Below are positions 41,276 to 51,924 of a stretch of 64,000 nucleotides of DNA, in pieces. How positions within the stretch are numbered: the stretch's first letter is position 1; every line of letters begins with the position of its first letter. The DNA comes from Candidatus Latescibacterota bacterium (GTDB lineage Bacteria > Latescibacterota > UBA2968 > GCA-2709665). The position numbers and the translations under genes are program-made. The notes beneath the pieces are model-generated. The model did no database searches, was not told the DNA's origin, and was given only the letters and a program-made list of their open reading frames with translations. The stretch lies in assembly GCA_965205485.1 (NCBI GenBank), contig OZ242180.1:4224001-4288000 (forward strand), read 5' to 3'.

Positions 41276-41974
41276 TCAACCCGTGGCGCCAGCGCCGATA
41301 ATGTCCTGGTCGGACCGCTTCCGGTTGCGTCGTTCCGAAACCCATGCGAGCGCAACGCGCCATCCGAGACAGACGGAGGCCAACAGGAGCCTGTGGGGAT
41401 AGATCTGGATTTCCACCCGGCCTTCCCCGTCCAGCCGCTGTGTCTGGAAATCGGGTATCACGTGGACGCTTCCCGTTGCACCGGCCAGAGACGATCCGGC
41501 CACGATGCATCCGTAAACCTGTCCGGTCGTGGCCGGATCGGATGCGCCGAACGTTATCTTGCATTCAATGCGACGAAGACGGAAGCCGTTCAGAAAACGC
41601 AACGCGGAACGCCGCAAGGGCAACGTCAGGTTTTTTAAACGCCTTCCGGCCCGCACGAGCCGTTCAACCTTTGCCGAAAACCTGTCAGAAACCTCCGCTT
41701 CCGCCCTGCGCGTTGCGTCAGGTCGCCTTTTCTTCTTCCTGCCTCTTCCCGTTCTCAATCGCGCAACCCAAACCGTCCACCAGCCCAGAATCGCGCCCGC
41801 ACGCCAACCGCCGTCAGTGTAGAAAAGCCGGATACCCGCCAGACCGATCCACGGCCTCAAGCGGATGTCCAGGGTCGGACCACACCCTGAACCGTTTTCG
41901 CCGTACACCCGGAGACGCATCGGCGCGAGGACGATCAGGAAGCACAAAAACAACAAGAGCAGGAGGAAATCCAT
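41276..41974 (-). CDS. DUF2953/YtfI-like protein
   Basis: N-terminal TM segment; FGASDPATTGQVYG and PDF motifs; directly upstream of the ytfJ-like gene. Confidence 0.7.
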   Translation of the reverse strand: MDFLLLLLFLCFLIVLAPMRLRVYGENGSGCGPTLDIRLRPWIGLAGIRLFYTDGGWRAGAILGWWTVWVARLRTGRGRKKKRRPDATRRAEAEVSDRFSAKVERLVRAGRRLKNLTLPLRRSALRFLNGFRLRRIECKITFGASDPATTGQVYGCIVAGSSLAGATGSVHVIPDFQTQRLDGEGRVEIQIYPHRLLLASVCLGWRVALAWVSERRNRKRSDQDIIGAGATG

Positions 41975-42178
41975 ATGACCAACTCCTTATAACTGTTTCA
42001 CTTACGATCAATATGCACATTGCCTTCCGATTGTCAAGCGATTTATATGTTGATCGGCGCGTCTCATCCGATATATTAAAAAGCGCGGTGCCGACTGGCG
42101 AGCGCGAGGCAACCGAGTTTCCGGCCTCAACTGAATCGGCGTCAATTCAACAGGAGCGCGCCTGTGCAGAAAAATCCG

Positions 42179-44020
42179 ATGGACATGATAAAAAAAATCA
42201 AGGTCTGGGTCGCCGCGGGCGATCTGTCGGAAGCTGCCGGAGAGCACGCCGCGCTCTGGCTTACCGACCCCCGATTCGCGGCTTCAATGGAGGAAATCAA
42301 GAGCCTGATCCGTGCCGGAGATCTGAACGAACTTGAAGACGCCTTTCGAACGAGGATCGAGTTCGGCACCGGTGGCATTCGCGGCCCGATGGGGCCGGGC
42401 CCGAACCGCATCAACCTGCGCACTGTCGGCGAAGCCGCACAGGGTATTGCCCGGTACGTTCTTAAATCCGGGTCCGATGCGCCGCGCCGCGGCGTGGTCA
42501 TCGCTCACGACACACGGAACAACTCACGAGCCTACGCCAAGGAGCTGGCGACTGTTCTTGCCGGCAACGGCATCCGCGCCAGTATCTTCGAAGGCTGTCG
42601 GTCCTCGCCTGAACTTTCGTTTGCGGTCAGGTCGACCAACGCGGCGGCCGGCGTAGTGATCAGCGCCAGCCACAATCCCCCGGGCGACAATGGCATCAAG
42701 GTGTACTGGTCCGACGGAGGCCAGGTCGTACCCCCTCACGACAGCAACATCATCGCCGAGGTCAACGCCGTATCCGAGGTCAGGAAACTCGACTTCGATC
42801 AGGCGGTTGAACGGGACCTTATCGGAATCCTGGATCGCACGGTCGACACCCGTTACCATCGTGAGCTGGCCAGCCTGACTCTCAGGCCCGCACGCCGGAT
42901 CCGGGTGGTCTACACCCCACTGCACGGCGTGGGATTGACGTCGGTATTGCCGGCGCTGGAAATCCTCGGCTATAAGGATTTGCACGTCGTCCAGTCGCAG
43001 GCGAAACCGGACGGCAACTTTCCCGCGGTTCCCGGCGGCGTCGCCAACCCCGAAGACCCGCGCGCGCTGGCGGTGGCCGTCCGGGAAGCCGCCGAAATTA
43101 ACGCCGATCTGGTCATCGCCAGCGACCCGGATGCGGACCGCCTCGGCTGCGCCGTACCGGATTCCAGCGCCGGGTGGAACGCACCCCTCGAGGATCTGGC
43201 GCTCAACGGCAATCAGATCGGCGCTGTTCTGTGCCATTACATCCTGGAATCAAAAAAAAACCGCCGGGAGTTGCCCGCCGACGGATTTGTCGCAAAAACG
43301 ATTGTCACGACCGACCTGACCTCCATCATCGCGCGCGCCTTCGGCGCCACGGTCGTGGACGACCTTCTGGTCGGCTTCAAATACATCGGCAGCCTGATCG
43401 ACGATCTTCCAACAGATGCCGAATTCCTTTTCGGCGCCGAAGAAAGCCACGGCTATCTGACGGGTACGTTCACAAGAGACAAGGACGCCGCGGTCGCCGC
43501 CGTACTCCTGTGCGAATGCGCGGCGGCTCTCAAGGCTCGCGGTCGCACCCTACGAGACTACCTGGACGAGATTTATGCGCAATACGGTTACTTCCGAGAA
43601 ATCCAGCAGTCCGTAGTCAGAACCGGAGCACGGGGCAGCCGGGACATCGTTCACGTCATGGAATCCCTGCGCTCAAGGCCGCCTCGGCAGATTGGAGGCC
43701 ACAACATCGTGGAAATCATCGACAGAAGGACCGGGAAGGCGCTTAACCCGCACACCGGGGCCGTCCGAACAATGGACGGTCAGAAGGGCGACGTGATTGC
43801 CTTCACGTTCACCCCCGCGGGCCATACCCGGGTCACCGCCCGACCGTCGGGAACCGAACCCAAAATCAAATACTACGTCTCCGCCGCTTCGGTGGACCAT
43901 CCTCAACTTTCCGGAACCGGTCTGCACGACACGAAAAATGCAATCGACCGGCTGGCGTCGCGGATTCTTTCAGGTATGGTGGACGAGGCCGAGTCACGTC
44001 TCGGTACGGGTAAACCCTGA
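42179..44020 (+). CDS. Phosphoglucomutase/phosphomannomutase
   Basis: EFGTGGIRG, ISASHNP (phospho-Ser), DPDADR, GFKYI, GAEESHG, RPSGTEPKIK. Confidence 0.94.
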   Translation: MDMIKKIKVWVAAGDLSEAAGEHAALWLTDPRFAASMEEIKSLIRAGDLNELEDAFRTRIEFGTGGIRGPMGPGPNRINLRTVGEAAQGIARYVLKSGSDAPRRGVVIAHDTRNNSRAYAKELATVLAGNGIRASIFEGCRSSPELSFAVRSTNAAAGVVISASHNPPGDNGIKVYWSDGGQVVPPHDSNIIAEVNAVSEVRKLDFDQAVERDLIGILDRTVDTRYHRELASLTLRPARRIRVVYTPLHGVGLTSVLPALEILGYKDLHVVQSQAKPDGNFPAVPGGVANPEDPRALAVAVREAAEINADLVIASDPDADRLGCAVPDSSAGWNAPLEDLALNGNQIGAVLCHYILESKKNRRELPADGFVAKTIVTTDLTSIIARAFGATVVDDLLVGFKYIGSLIDDLPTDAEFLFGAEESHGYLTGTFTRDKDAAVAAVLLCECAAALKARGRTLRDYLDEIYAQYGYFREIQQSVVRTGARGSRDIVHVMESLRSRPPRQIGGHNIVEIIDRRTGKALNPHTGAVRTMDGQKGDVIAFTFTPAGHTRVTARPSGTEPKIKYYVSAASVDHPQLSGTGLHDTKNAIDRLASRILSGMVDEAESRLGTGKP

Positions 44021-44052
44021 AACGCTGGCCGCCTGTCACCATGGTCTGATTG

Positions 44053-45119
44053 CTAGAAGATATCGCTCCACCAGTAGAAAGGTCCTTCGCACTCCGGCAG
44101 CGACGCCATCCATTCGGATAGCGATGCATCCGGTTCGGCCGCCTTCTGACCGTACAACGCGCGCCAGAACGCGCCCTCGTCCTCCGGTGCCCCTCCTTGT
44201 GGTTCCCCGTTCAACTTTTCCCGCATTGTTCGCCAGTTGATCCCCTTCAACATCATTTCATCGTGGATACCCCACGTTGCGGTGGAACCAGAGACCGCTT
44301 CGAGCGCACTTGCGAGGCCATGTCCGGCGGGAAGGCTGCCCTCGATCCGCTTCAATCCGTTCTGGCGGGCGCAACCGCAAATCAACTGCGCCAGGTCGAC
44401 AAACGCGCCGTCACCGGAGGCTTGACGCACCCTTCTTTCACCCAGATCCGGTCCTCGGACACGTCGAACGTCGCATAACCGCAAAGTTCAGAATCCACCG
44501 CAACGCCCCACTCAGGGAAGACACCCCGTATTCGCGAGGGTCCGGCGCGCCAGTAGTCTCGCGGTCTCGTTTCCGGGCCGGTCAGACAGCCGGAACTACG
44601 TTCGTAAATCGCCATCACGGCATCCAGGTCGCGGTCGATATCGAGAGCCCGCACGCGCGTGGAAGGCGGATCACCAGCCTCAGACTCGAGATCGATTACA
44701 AACGTCGGCAGCGGGATGGGCGTCCAGCCCAGCGCCTGGTAGAACGGCGTCCCGATAATCGTGAAGAGGAGACCGACGTCGTACCCCGCGTCCAGCATAT
44801 AGGCCTCCGCATTCCGCATCAGCGCGCGCGCATATCCCCTGCCCCGGTAATCGGGATGGGTCAGCACGCTGCCGATACCTCCGGCGCGAATCAAGGAGCC
44901 ACGCACGCGGATTTCCCGGTCCCAGACCCGAAGATGCGCTGCGATTCGCCCGTTTTCCAAGAGAACCCGCGATTGTTCCAGCAGATAACCCGGATCGTCC
45001 CGCACGTACGTCCGGTACCGTTCGAGCGCTGCTTCCCCCTCGTCGGGCCGGAACACCAGCCGCTGGAGCTCCAGCGTCTCCTTGATTTCGTCCTCCCGGA
45101 CGGCTCGAATCTCCATCAT
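44053..45119 (-). pseudogene. Eis-like GNAT acetyltransferase split by a 1-nt frameshift near 44420 (pseudogene or assembly error)
   Basis: The N-terminal ORF (GGIGSVLTHPDYRGRGYA, FYQALGW) goes out of frame after EGCVKP. The other frame continues to a family-like ending FYWWSDIF. Confidence 0.65.
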
Positions 45120-45128
45120 CTCTCCCAA

Positions 45129-45338
45129 GAAGTTGTCTTGACATTCCCAGCGGTCTTCGCGCGGCTGCAAAAGCGCCGGTCGGCGTTGGTCAAACCCACC
45201 CGTATCGAGAGGTCGAGGCTGCGCTTGCTCGCCTCTCTTAGGCGGGTTTTCCCGTCGGCGCTGCGCGCCCCTCGCGCCTCATAACCGCCACTTTTTCGCT
45301 CGCGCTCGGGAACTCGCCGGTAAATTTGAAACAGTTTC
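45129..45338 (+). mobile_element. MITE copy 3 (210 bp)
   Basis: Same arms and core orientation as copy 1; flanks CAA/TCA; abuts the RBS of the GNAT gene. Confidence 0.85.
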
Positions 45339-45392
45339 TCAGCCTGACTGCGCGGTAGCGATGCATCCAGAGCGATTTGCACTCTTTGTTGC

Positions 45393-46166
45393 TTACACGG
45401 GCGCGAGCCAGCCGCCGTCCACCGGCAACGCCACCCCCGTGATCCACTCCGCGTCGGAGGAGGCGAGGAAGACGCATGCCCGGCCGATATCCCGTGGCAA
45501 TCCGAATCGGGGAAGCGGCGTCCGTTCCAGCGCATCCCGGATCTGTTCCTCGGTCAGATAGTCCTGTATGGCTGTTTCGATATACCCAGGGCACACGGCA
45601 TTCACCGTCACCCCATCGGACGCCACCTCCATCGCCAGATCGCGGGTGAGGTTGACCACGCCGGCTTTCGCGGGCGCGTAGGCCGGCCCCCCTCCACCGC
45701 CAAAGGAATGCACCGACGCGATGTTGATGATCCTCCCGGCCTGAGATAATTTCAGATGAGGAATCGCGGCTTTCGATGCGACGAATACGCCCCGGATGTT
45801 TACGCCTGTCACCCTGTCCCACGACTCCAGCGACAGCGTCTGGCTGTCGCCGGGAATGTGTATACCCGCATTGTTTACCAGAATGTCCAGGCCGCCGTAT
45901 GCGTCTACCGTCCGCTTCACCAGCGCCCCGACGGCGGCGGCGTCGCCCATGTCGGTTTGGACGAATTCCCCTTCACCACCCAGTCGCCGCACCTCCTCAA
46001 GCGTGGTTGTCCGGACTTCCTGTTCGTGATATTTGCCCTGCTTCGGCGCCTCCCGGACGTCGGCCACCACCACCGCCGCCCCCTCTTTGGCGAACTCAAG
46101 GGCGACGCCGCGGCCGATACCGGAACTCCCGCCGGTTACGACGGCAACCCTGTTTGTCAGTACCAT
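45393..46166 (-). CDS. Short-chain dehydrogenase/reductase (SDR)
   Basis: TGGSSGIG, NNAG, YAPAK (YxxxK), PGYIET, VDGG. Confidence 0.93.
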   Translation of the reverse strand: MVLTNRVAVVTGGSSGIGRGVALEFAKEGAAVVVADVREAPKQGKYHEQEVRTTTLEEVRRLGGEGEFVQTDMGDAAAVGALVKRTVDAYGGLDILVNNAGIHIPGDSQTLSLESWDRVTGVNIRGVFVASKAAIPHLKLSQAGRIINIASVHSFGGGGGPAYAPAKAGVVNLTRDLAMEVASDGVTVNAVCPGYIETAIQDYLTEEQIRDALERTPLPRFGLPRDIGRACVFLASSDAEWITGVALPVDGGWLAPV

Positions 46167-46282
46167 TGAGGCCCTCCATTTCAATCGATTCACGAGCATC
46201 GGAGCAATTGGAGGCTTGCATTCGGCCGCCTTAGCGACCCTTCCCGCCGAATCCTCACGTTCGATTCTCCATTATCGGGGAA

Positions 46283-47785
46283 TCAACTCGAGACCCAGAT
46301 GGGACTTGCCCACGCCCACTGGTTATTCTCCTGCACCACCCGAACGTAATAGAAGTCGGTCTCGTACTCCCGCTCTGCATCTTCAAAAACAAGCGTCGTC
46401 CGCAGCCGGGCCTCGGGAACCGCCCGGTGTACGAGCATCGCCTCGGAACGCCATCCCCTCACGAACTCGCTCCTGGAACCCTCCAGAAGATCCGCCAGCA
46501 GGTATCGACACGTCCTTCCGTTGACATTGAATTCCAGAGCCGCAGCGCGCGGGGCGTTCATTTCCAGGACCAGCGCGTTCGTCCCCCGCAGGTATGGATG
46601 CTCGTTGCCCCGGGTATGTGAAAACCACGCGACGTGCCGGTCATCCTGCGCCACGATCCCGTGAACGGGCTCCTCGCCGGTTGCCGCAATGCCTCCGTCC
46701 GCCGACGGCGCCAGAACGGGATCCCCGGTGAAACATGGTTCCACGGAAAGCAGCCGGCCATCCGACAGGCGCACGCTCGCATCCCACCGAATCCATTCCT
46801 CCTTGTCGCCCCATCCCCATTCCACCCGAACCTTCGCCCGGACCGGGTCGGGCGTCTCCACCCCGGGCGCGGGCCCGAAAATCCTTTTCAGGGGACGGTT
46901 GTTCCTGATGACCTCTATTCGATCCAGCGCATCGGCTCCACTGACGGACACCCGGATTTCGCGGGCGCCGGTCCCCCCGGTTTCCTCGCCCATCGCCGCG
47001 TCGTTGACGGAAAACCGCAGCCCGATGCGATCCCCGGTCACCGCGTAACATCGCCTTGCGCGGATCGAGTCCCAGATCGCCTGCCGGGTGAGTTCCGGCG
47101 CGTACACGCCGGTCCTTCCCTCGCCGTAATGCCCCGGATATCCGCCATGATGATCCGTACCACCCAGAAACCCGAACCGGTGACCCAGCTCGAGTCCGTG
47201 CGCCACAGTGCCCCGATATTGTCTGGGGCCCATGGTGTGGTACATCGGATATGGACCGCCGTCCCGCTCGGACCCGCCGTGCCCGGAGAAGATCTCGACG
47301 GCCGGCGACCGTCGTGAGCTGAAGTGCGACCAGTTGATTCCCCTGAAGCCCGCACCGTAGCCGATGTGGTGGGGGTGGATCATGACATCCTGCCCCTCGA
47401 AGGCCTCATCCAGTTCCTCAAGGCTGTTTCGTTCGACGATTTCACCACAATCGTCCGGATAGTAGACGTTGTGGTCGCCGAAGGCGCAGGAGTGCCACTC
47501 GTAACCCAGAAAGGAGACAAACCGCCCCGGCCGGTTGTGTTTCCGTACCGTTTCCTGCACGCGCGGCCAGTTTCGCCTCAGCCGGTCGAAACCCTCCCGG
47601 TGGTAATCGATAATGAAGCCGTGACGTTCCCGATCGACCGGCATGTCGTGCCAGGTTGCGTGCCCCACCACCGAACAGAAGTCCAGATGCTCGTTCGCCA
47701 GCCTGAACGCCCTTTCGAGACTGCCGTAGCCATAACTGATCGCACAGTGCGCGTGGAGGTCACCCCAATACAGCGAATCTTCCAT
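46283..47785 (-). CDS. DUF3604 / PHP-like metallohydrolase
   Basis: WGDLHAH, GYEW, GDHNVY, HPHH, GGTDHH, RRCYAVTG; C-terminal YYVRV.Q....AWASPIW. Confidence 0.75.
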   Translation of the reverse strand: MEDSLYWGDLHAHCAISYGYGSLERAFRLANEHLDFCSVVGHATWHDMPVDRERHGFIIDYHREGFDRLRRNWPRVQETVRKHNRPGRFVSFLGYEWHSCAFGDHNVYYPDDCGEIVERNSLEELDEAFEGQDVMIHPHHIGYGAGFRGINWSHFSSRRSPAVEIFSGHGGSERDGGPYPMYHTMGPRQYRGTVAHGLELGHRFGFLGGTDHHGGYPGHYGEGRTGVYAPELTRQAIWDSIRARRCYAVTGDRIGLRFSVNDAAMGEETGGTGAREIRVSVSGADALDRIEVIRNNRPLKRIFGPAPGVETPDPVRAKVRVEWGWGDKEEWIRWDASVRLSDGRLLSVEPCFTGDPVLAPSADGGIAATGEEPVHGIVAQDDRHVAWFSHTRGNEHPYLRGTNALVLEMNAPRAAALEFNVNGRTCRYLLADLLEGSRSEFVRGWRSEAMLVHRAVPEARLRTTLVFEDAEREYETDFYYVRVVQENNQWAWASPIWVSS

Positions 47786-47874
47786 CTATCGGTCACCAGT
47801 GGTTTGTATGCCGGTCTCGCCGCGGTCGAATCCGACAGGGAAGCCGTTACCCCGCGCAGGCCGGCTTTCGTACA

Positions 47875-49074
47875 CTACGACCGCCGAAGCACGGCTGCGA
47901 TCGATTCACAGAGATAGTCGATGTTCGCCTCGGTGATTCCAGCGACGTTTATCCGCCCCGAACCCACCATATAGATCGCGTATTCCTCCCGCAGGGCGTC
48001 CACTTGCCGGCCGGTCAACCCCGAAAATGAGAACATCCCCCGCTGCCGGGCGATAAAGGAAAAATCGCGACGAACGCCCTTCCTCTCCAGGGTATCCACG
48101 AATAGCGCCCTCATTCGATTGATCCGGTTCCTCATCTGGGCCACTTCGTCCTCCCACTGCGGGCGAAGTCCGGAGTCATTCAGCACCTCCGTCACGATGG
48201 CCGCACCGTGGGCCGGTGGATTCGAGTAGTTGGCCCGGATACAGATCAACACCTGGCTCATCAGCGCGTTGGCCGCCTCCGGAGTGGATGCCACGACGGT
48301 AAGCGCGCCGACACGCTCGTTATACAGGCCGAAATTCTTCGAAAACGAACTGGACACCATCAACTCGGCGCCCGATCGGCAAAACGCCATCAGTCCCCGT
48401 CTGTCCCGCTCGAGCCCATCCCCCAGCCCATGATAGGCAAAATCCACCAGAGGGATCCATCCGCGCGCGCCTGCCACATCCGCGAGCTCCTCCCATTGTT
48501 CGGGTGTGGGATCGATCCCGGTGGGATTGTGACAACAGCCGTGCAACAGTACGACATCCCCCTCTGGGACGATTTTCAAGGCATCGCGCATCGCGTCGAA
48601 ATCGAGATCGTTCGTCTCCTTCTCGAAATAAGGATACGTTTCAACGGCCACCCCGGCGTGTGCGTAGATATTGGGATGGTTCGCCCAGGTCGGATCGCTC
48701 AGCCAGATTTTCGCCTGCGGATACAGCTTGTGGACGAAGTCGCCTGCAACGCGCAGTCCACCGGTCCCCCCAGGCGCGTGAACCGTGGCCGCCCGTTGTC
48801 CGGTGACGATTTCGTGCTCCGGTCCGAACAACAGGGCCTGTACTGCCGCCGCATATTCGGGCGCGCCCGAAATCAGCAGATAGTCCTTTGTGGTCTGCCG
48901 TTCGAGGATCCGGGTTTCCGCACGCTGTACGGAGTTGAAAACGGGCGTGTTGCCGTCGCCGTCCTTGTAGACACCCACGCCGAGGTTGATTCGATCGGGG
49001 TTCGTATCCTGTTTGTACGCCGCGGTCAACCCCAGTATCGGGTCCGCGGGCGCCGTCTCGAGCGTTTCGAACAT
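47875..49074 (-). CDS. aspC: Aspartate/aromatic amino acid aminotransferase (class I)
   Basis: DPILGL, NLGVGVY, PTWANH, HGCCHNPTG, SSFSKNFGLYNERVG, GMFSFSG, GRINVAG. Confidence 0.93.
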   Translation of the reverse strand: MFETLETAPADPILGLTAAYKQDTNPDRINLGVGVYKDGDGNTPVFNSVQRAETRILERQTTKDYLLISGAPEYAAAVQALLFGPEHEIVTGQRAATVHAPGGTGGLRVAGDFVHKLYPQAKIWLSDPTWANHPNIYAHAGVAVETYPYFEKETNDLDFDAMRDALKIVPEGDVVLLHGCCHNPTGIDPTPEQWEELADVAGARGWIPLVDFAYHGLGDGLERDRRGLMAFCRSGAELMVSSSFSKNFGLYNERVGALTVVASTPEAANALMSQVLICIRANYSNPPAHGAAIVTEVLNDSGLRPQWEDEVAQMRNRINRMRALFVDTLERKGVRRDFSFIARQRGMFSFSGLTGRQVDALREEYAIYMVGSGRINVAGITEANIDYLCESIAAVLRRS

Positions 49075-49277
49075 CCTCTTTCCTTTCCAGGTTTTGGCTG
49101 TGAGCTTGCCGGATAACACCAGGTTGACGTTCGTTGTGAATGACGATTGACTGCGGTCTGCAACCCCGGCAGACCACCCTGCCTGACGTCAGGGTGGACC
49201 GGTATCGATTCTTCAACCGTGCATTGGGCGACACCGGTAAGATCGGGGTTCCGCCGACTCGCGCCCCTGTCGAGCGC

Positions 49278-50846
49278 TCAGATTGCGGCCATCGCCATCC
49301 CCGGAGAGCCGGGATCGGCCCCTCCATCGAGGGTTCCCGTTGCCGGATCGAGAATGATGCCGTGCACCGACGCGATTCCGCCGTAGCCGTCCAGCAGGGA
49401 ATGGACCTCGTGGCCCATCGCCCTGACGCCCTCGCAGACGGACGGTGCGATTCTGGAGTGGGCGACAACCACGTCGCTCTGGCAATCGAACCTGGGGGCC
49501 GCGATCGCCTCGGTGGCCGACATTCCGTGGTCGATCACGTTCAGAATGGCGTGCAGAATCCCGGTCACAATCCGCGTACCCCCGGGCGCGCCAACAGTGA
49601 ATAAGGGCTGGTCACCCGTTTTCACCAGCGTCGGCGCCATACCCGTCGTTCTCGACTTGCCCGGCTCGATTGAATTCACCTGCCCGGGCATGGGGTTGAA
49701 ACAGTTCATACAGTTATTGTACATGAAGCCCAGTCCTGGCGTAATCACATCCGAACCCGATCCCAGCGAGTGGGTGAGCCCCACCACGTTACGCCACTGA
49801 TCCACAACGGAAATATGAGTGGTATTGGGCGGCTCCTGCGGGCGCCATCGCGGGATGGTGATTTCTTCCCTGGCATCGATGCGCCGGCGCCAGGCGGCGG
49901 CGCGTTCTTCGGACAGCAGATCCTCCACGGGAACGTCCACAAATGCGGGGTCTCCGATCAGGTTCGCCCGGTCCGTCCAGGCAGCCTTCATCGCCATCGC
50001 CACGGTATACACGTATTCCGCGGAAAGATGCACCATATTCGAAAGGTCGTAACCCTCGAGGATCTTGAGCATCTGCAGAATGGTCAACCCGCCGCCGGGG
50101 GGCTGGTTGGAGGCGACGGTATAGTCACGATACCGTGAATGCAGCGGCGAGGTTACCGCCACCTCGTACCGGTTCAGGTCTTCCAGCGTCACGAATCCCC
50201 CGCCCTTCTCCATGTCTTCAGCGATTGTTCCGGCCATGTCCCCGCGATAGAATACCTCTTTACCGCCCTCGGCCAGCACCGAAAACGTCCTGGCCATATC
50301 CGGGTTGGCAATCAGCTCGCCCCCGCTTTCGTGGGGCGACGCAGCTACCGTTGTCCAGGGTGTGGTCTCGGGAGTTGGAATCTGTTTCCAGGCGGCCGCC
50401 GCCGCGCGGGTCACCTCGTAACCGCCGGCTGCAACCGCGATGCCAGGCTGGAGAGTCGTTCGCCACGGCATGGACCCGTAGTCAGTCTGAGCCATGAAGA
50501 GTCCGGCCACCGTGCCGGGTGTCGTCACCGCGCCGTAGCCGCGATCGTTGACCTGACCCCTCAGCGAGTATCCGTAGCCCGTGGCATTCTCACGGAGAAT
50601 CTCATGCTCCCACATATCCGGCCGAACCCGTGCGCCCGCCTTCCCGTGAAAATCCAGAATCGTATCCGTTTCAGGCGTATGGATGTACATCATGCCGAAG
50701 CCGCCAACGCCGCAGCTGCGCGGCGTGGTCACCATCTGGACGAATGCCGCCGTTACAGCCGCGTCGACGGCATTCCCGCCATCGAGCAGTACCCTGACAC
50801 CGGCGTCTACCGCCAGCGGCTGAGGCGCCGAAACCATGCCCTTCAC
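49278..50846 (-). CDS. ggt: Gamma-glutamyltransferase family protein
   Basis: GGNAVDAAV, TPGTVAG, NTTHISVVD (Thr nucleophile), GAPGG, APRF, GGADP; GTG start after AAAGGAG. Confidence 0.88.
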   Translation of the reverse strand: MKGMVSAPQPLAVDAGVRVLLDGGNAVDAAVTAAFVQMVTTPRSCGVGGFGMMYIHTPETDTILDFHGKAGARVRPDMWEHEILRENATGYGYSLRGQVNDRGYGAVTTPGTVAGLFMAQTDYGSMPWRTTLQPGIAVAAGGYEVTRAAAAAWKQIPTPETTPWTTVAASPHESGGELIANPDMARTFSVLAEGGKEVFYRGDMAGTIAEDMEKGGGFVTLEDLNRYEVAVTSPLHSRYRDYTVASNQPPGGGLTILQMLKILEGYDLSNMVHLSAEYVYTVAMAMKAAWTDRANLIGDPAFVDVPVEDLLSEERAAAWRRRIDAREEITIPRWRPQEPPNTTHISVVDQWRNVVGLTHSLGSGSDVITPGLGFMYNNCMNCFNPMPGQVNSIEPGKSRTTGMAPTLVKTGDQPLFTVGAPGGTRIVTGILHAILNVIDHGMSATEAIAAPRFDCQSDVVVAHSRIAPSVCEGVRAMGHEVHSLLDGYGGIASVHGIILDPATGTLDGGADPGSPGMAMAAI

Positions 50847-51065
50847 GGGATCTCCTTTCAGTTGCGACGGCGAAGACTCACACTTGTGGGGAAGACCGCT
50901 GGAACGCGGCGATCGGCGGGTCCGCGCGTCCCGATGAACGTCCCCGCCGATCCGGTGCGGTGCGCAGAAGGAAACGTAGCGCTGGCATCGCATGCGGCGG
51001 GATATTATATTCCCGCGCCCCTTCAAAAGCAAGTGCAAACCCGCCACAACGACGGAGGCAACCCG

Positions 51066-51884
51066 ATGGAAATCTCACTCGCGGGATGGAGTCTTCACCG
51101 GCGGTTCAGGGATTCCGAGAACCCCTTGCGACTTCTTGACTTTCCCGCTCTCGCCGTTGAAGAATTCGACATTCGTGTGCTGGAACTCAACAGCCCCTTC
51201 TTCGTATACGCCGATTCGGACAACCCCGCCAGGAGCCGCCTGGCCGCCGGGTATCTCGTCGAACTGCGCCAACGCGCCCGGGATGCGGGCGTGCGCCTGC
51301 TGAACGTCGCCGTGGACGGCCACGGCGACCTTGCCTCGCCGAACGAAAGGGATCGAAAACAGGCCGTTGACAACCACAAGAAGTGGATCGATGCCTGTCT
51401 GGCGTTGGGCTGCGACGCATTTCGGGCCAACAGCGGCCCCGCCTGGGGCGAACCGGTTACCGAAACCCATATCGGACAATGCATCGAGAGCTTTGGCGAA
51501 CTCGCGGAACTTTGCGCGGGGGCGGACATCCGGTTGATGATGGAGAATCACGGGGGCGTTTCGGTATCGGCGGACAACATCCTGCGTGTCATGGAAGCCG
51601 TAGGAAGCGACTATTGCAGGGTCCTCGCCGACTTCCTCAACTGGCCGCCGGAAGACGACAAGCTCGATAACCTGCAGCGGGTCGCCCCGTACGCCTGGGC
51701 GACTCACGCGAAATTTCTCAGTTTCGCCGACGACGGTGAGTCGCGGGAAATCGACTGCGCCGGCGCCATCGGCATCCTGAAGGACGCGGGCTACGATAAC
51801 CCGTTCGGTATCGAGTACGAGGGCAAGACCAACGACCGCGAGGGCGTGCTGAAGAGCAAAGCGCTCCTTGAAAGACACGCCTGA
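51066..51884 (+). CDS. Sugar phosphate isomerase/epimerase (xylose isomerase-like TIM barrel)
   Basis: SLAGWSLHR, ENHGG, DFLNW, HAK, IEYEG; GGAGG RBS before ATG 51066. Confidence 0.85.
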   Translation: MEISLAGWSLHRRFRDSENPLRLLDFPALAVEEFDIRVLELNSPFFVYADSDNPARSRLAAGYLVELRQRARDAGVRLLNVAVDGHGDLASPNERDRKQAVDNHKKWIDACLALGCDAFRANSGPAWGEPVTETHIGQCIESFGELAELCAGADIRLMMENHGGVSVSADNILRVMEAVGSDYCRVLADFLNWPPEDDKLDNLQRVAPYAWATHAKFLSFADDGESREIDCAGAIGILKDAGYDNPFGIEYEGKTNDREGVLKSKALLERHA

Positions 51885-51924
51885 GCGTTCGATCAACGGA
51901 CTGATGGGCGACGTATCCCGGAGC

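Noticed and set aside
45120..45170. Longer GNAT start and a TTGACA inside the TIR of MITE copy 3
   Set aside because: The extension is MITE-derived, and the TTGACA has no -10 box at a proper spacing.
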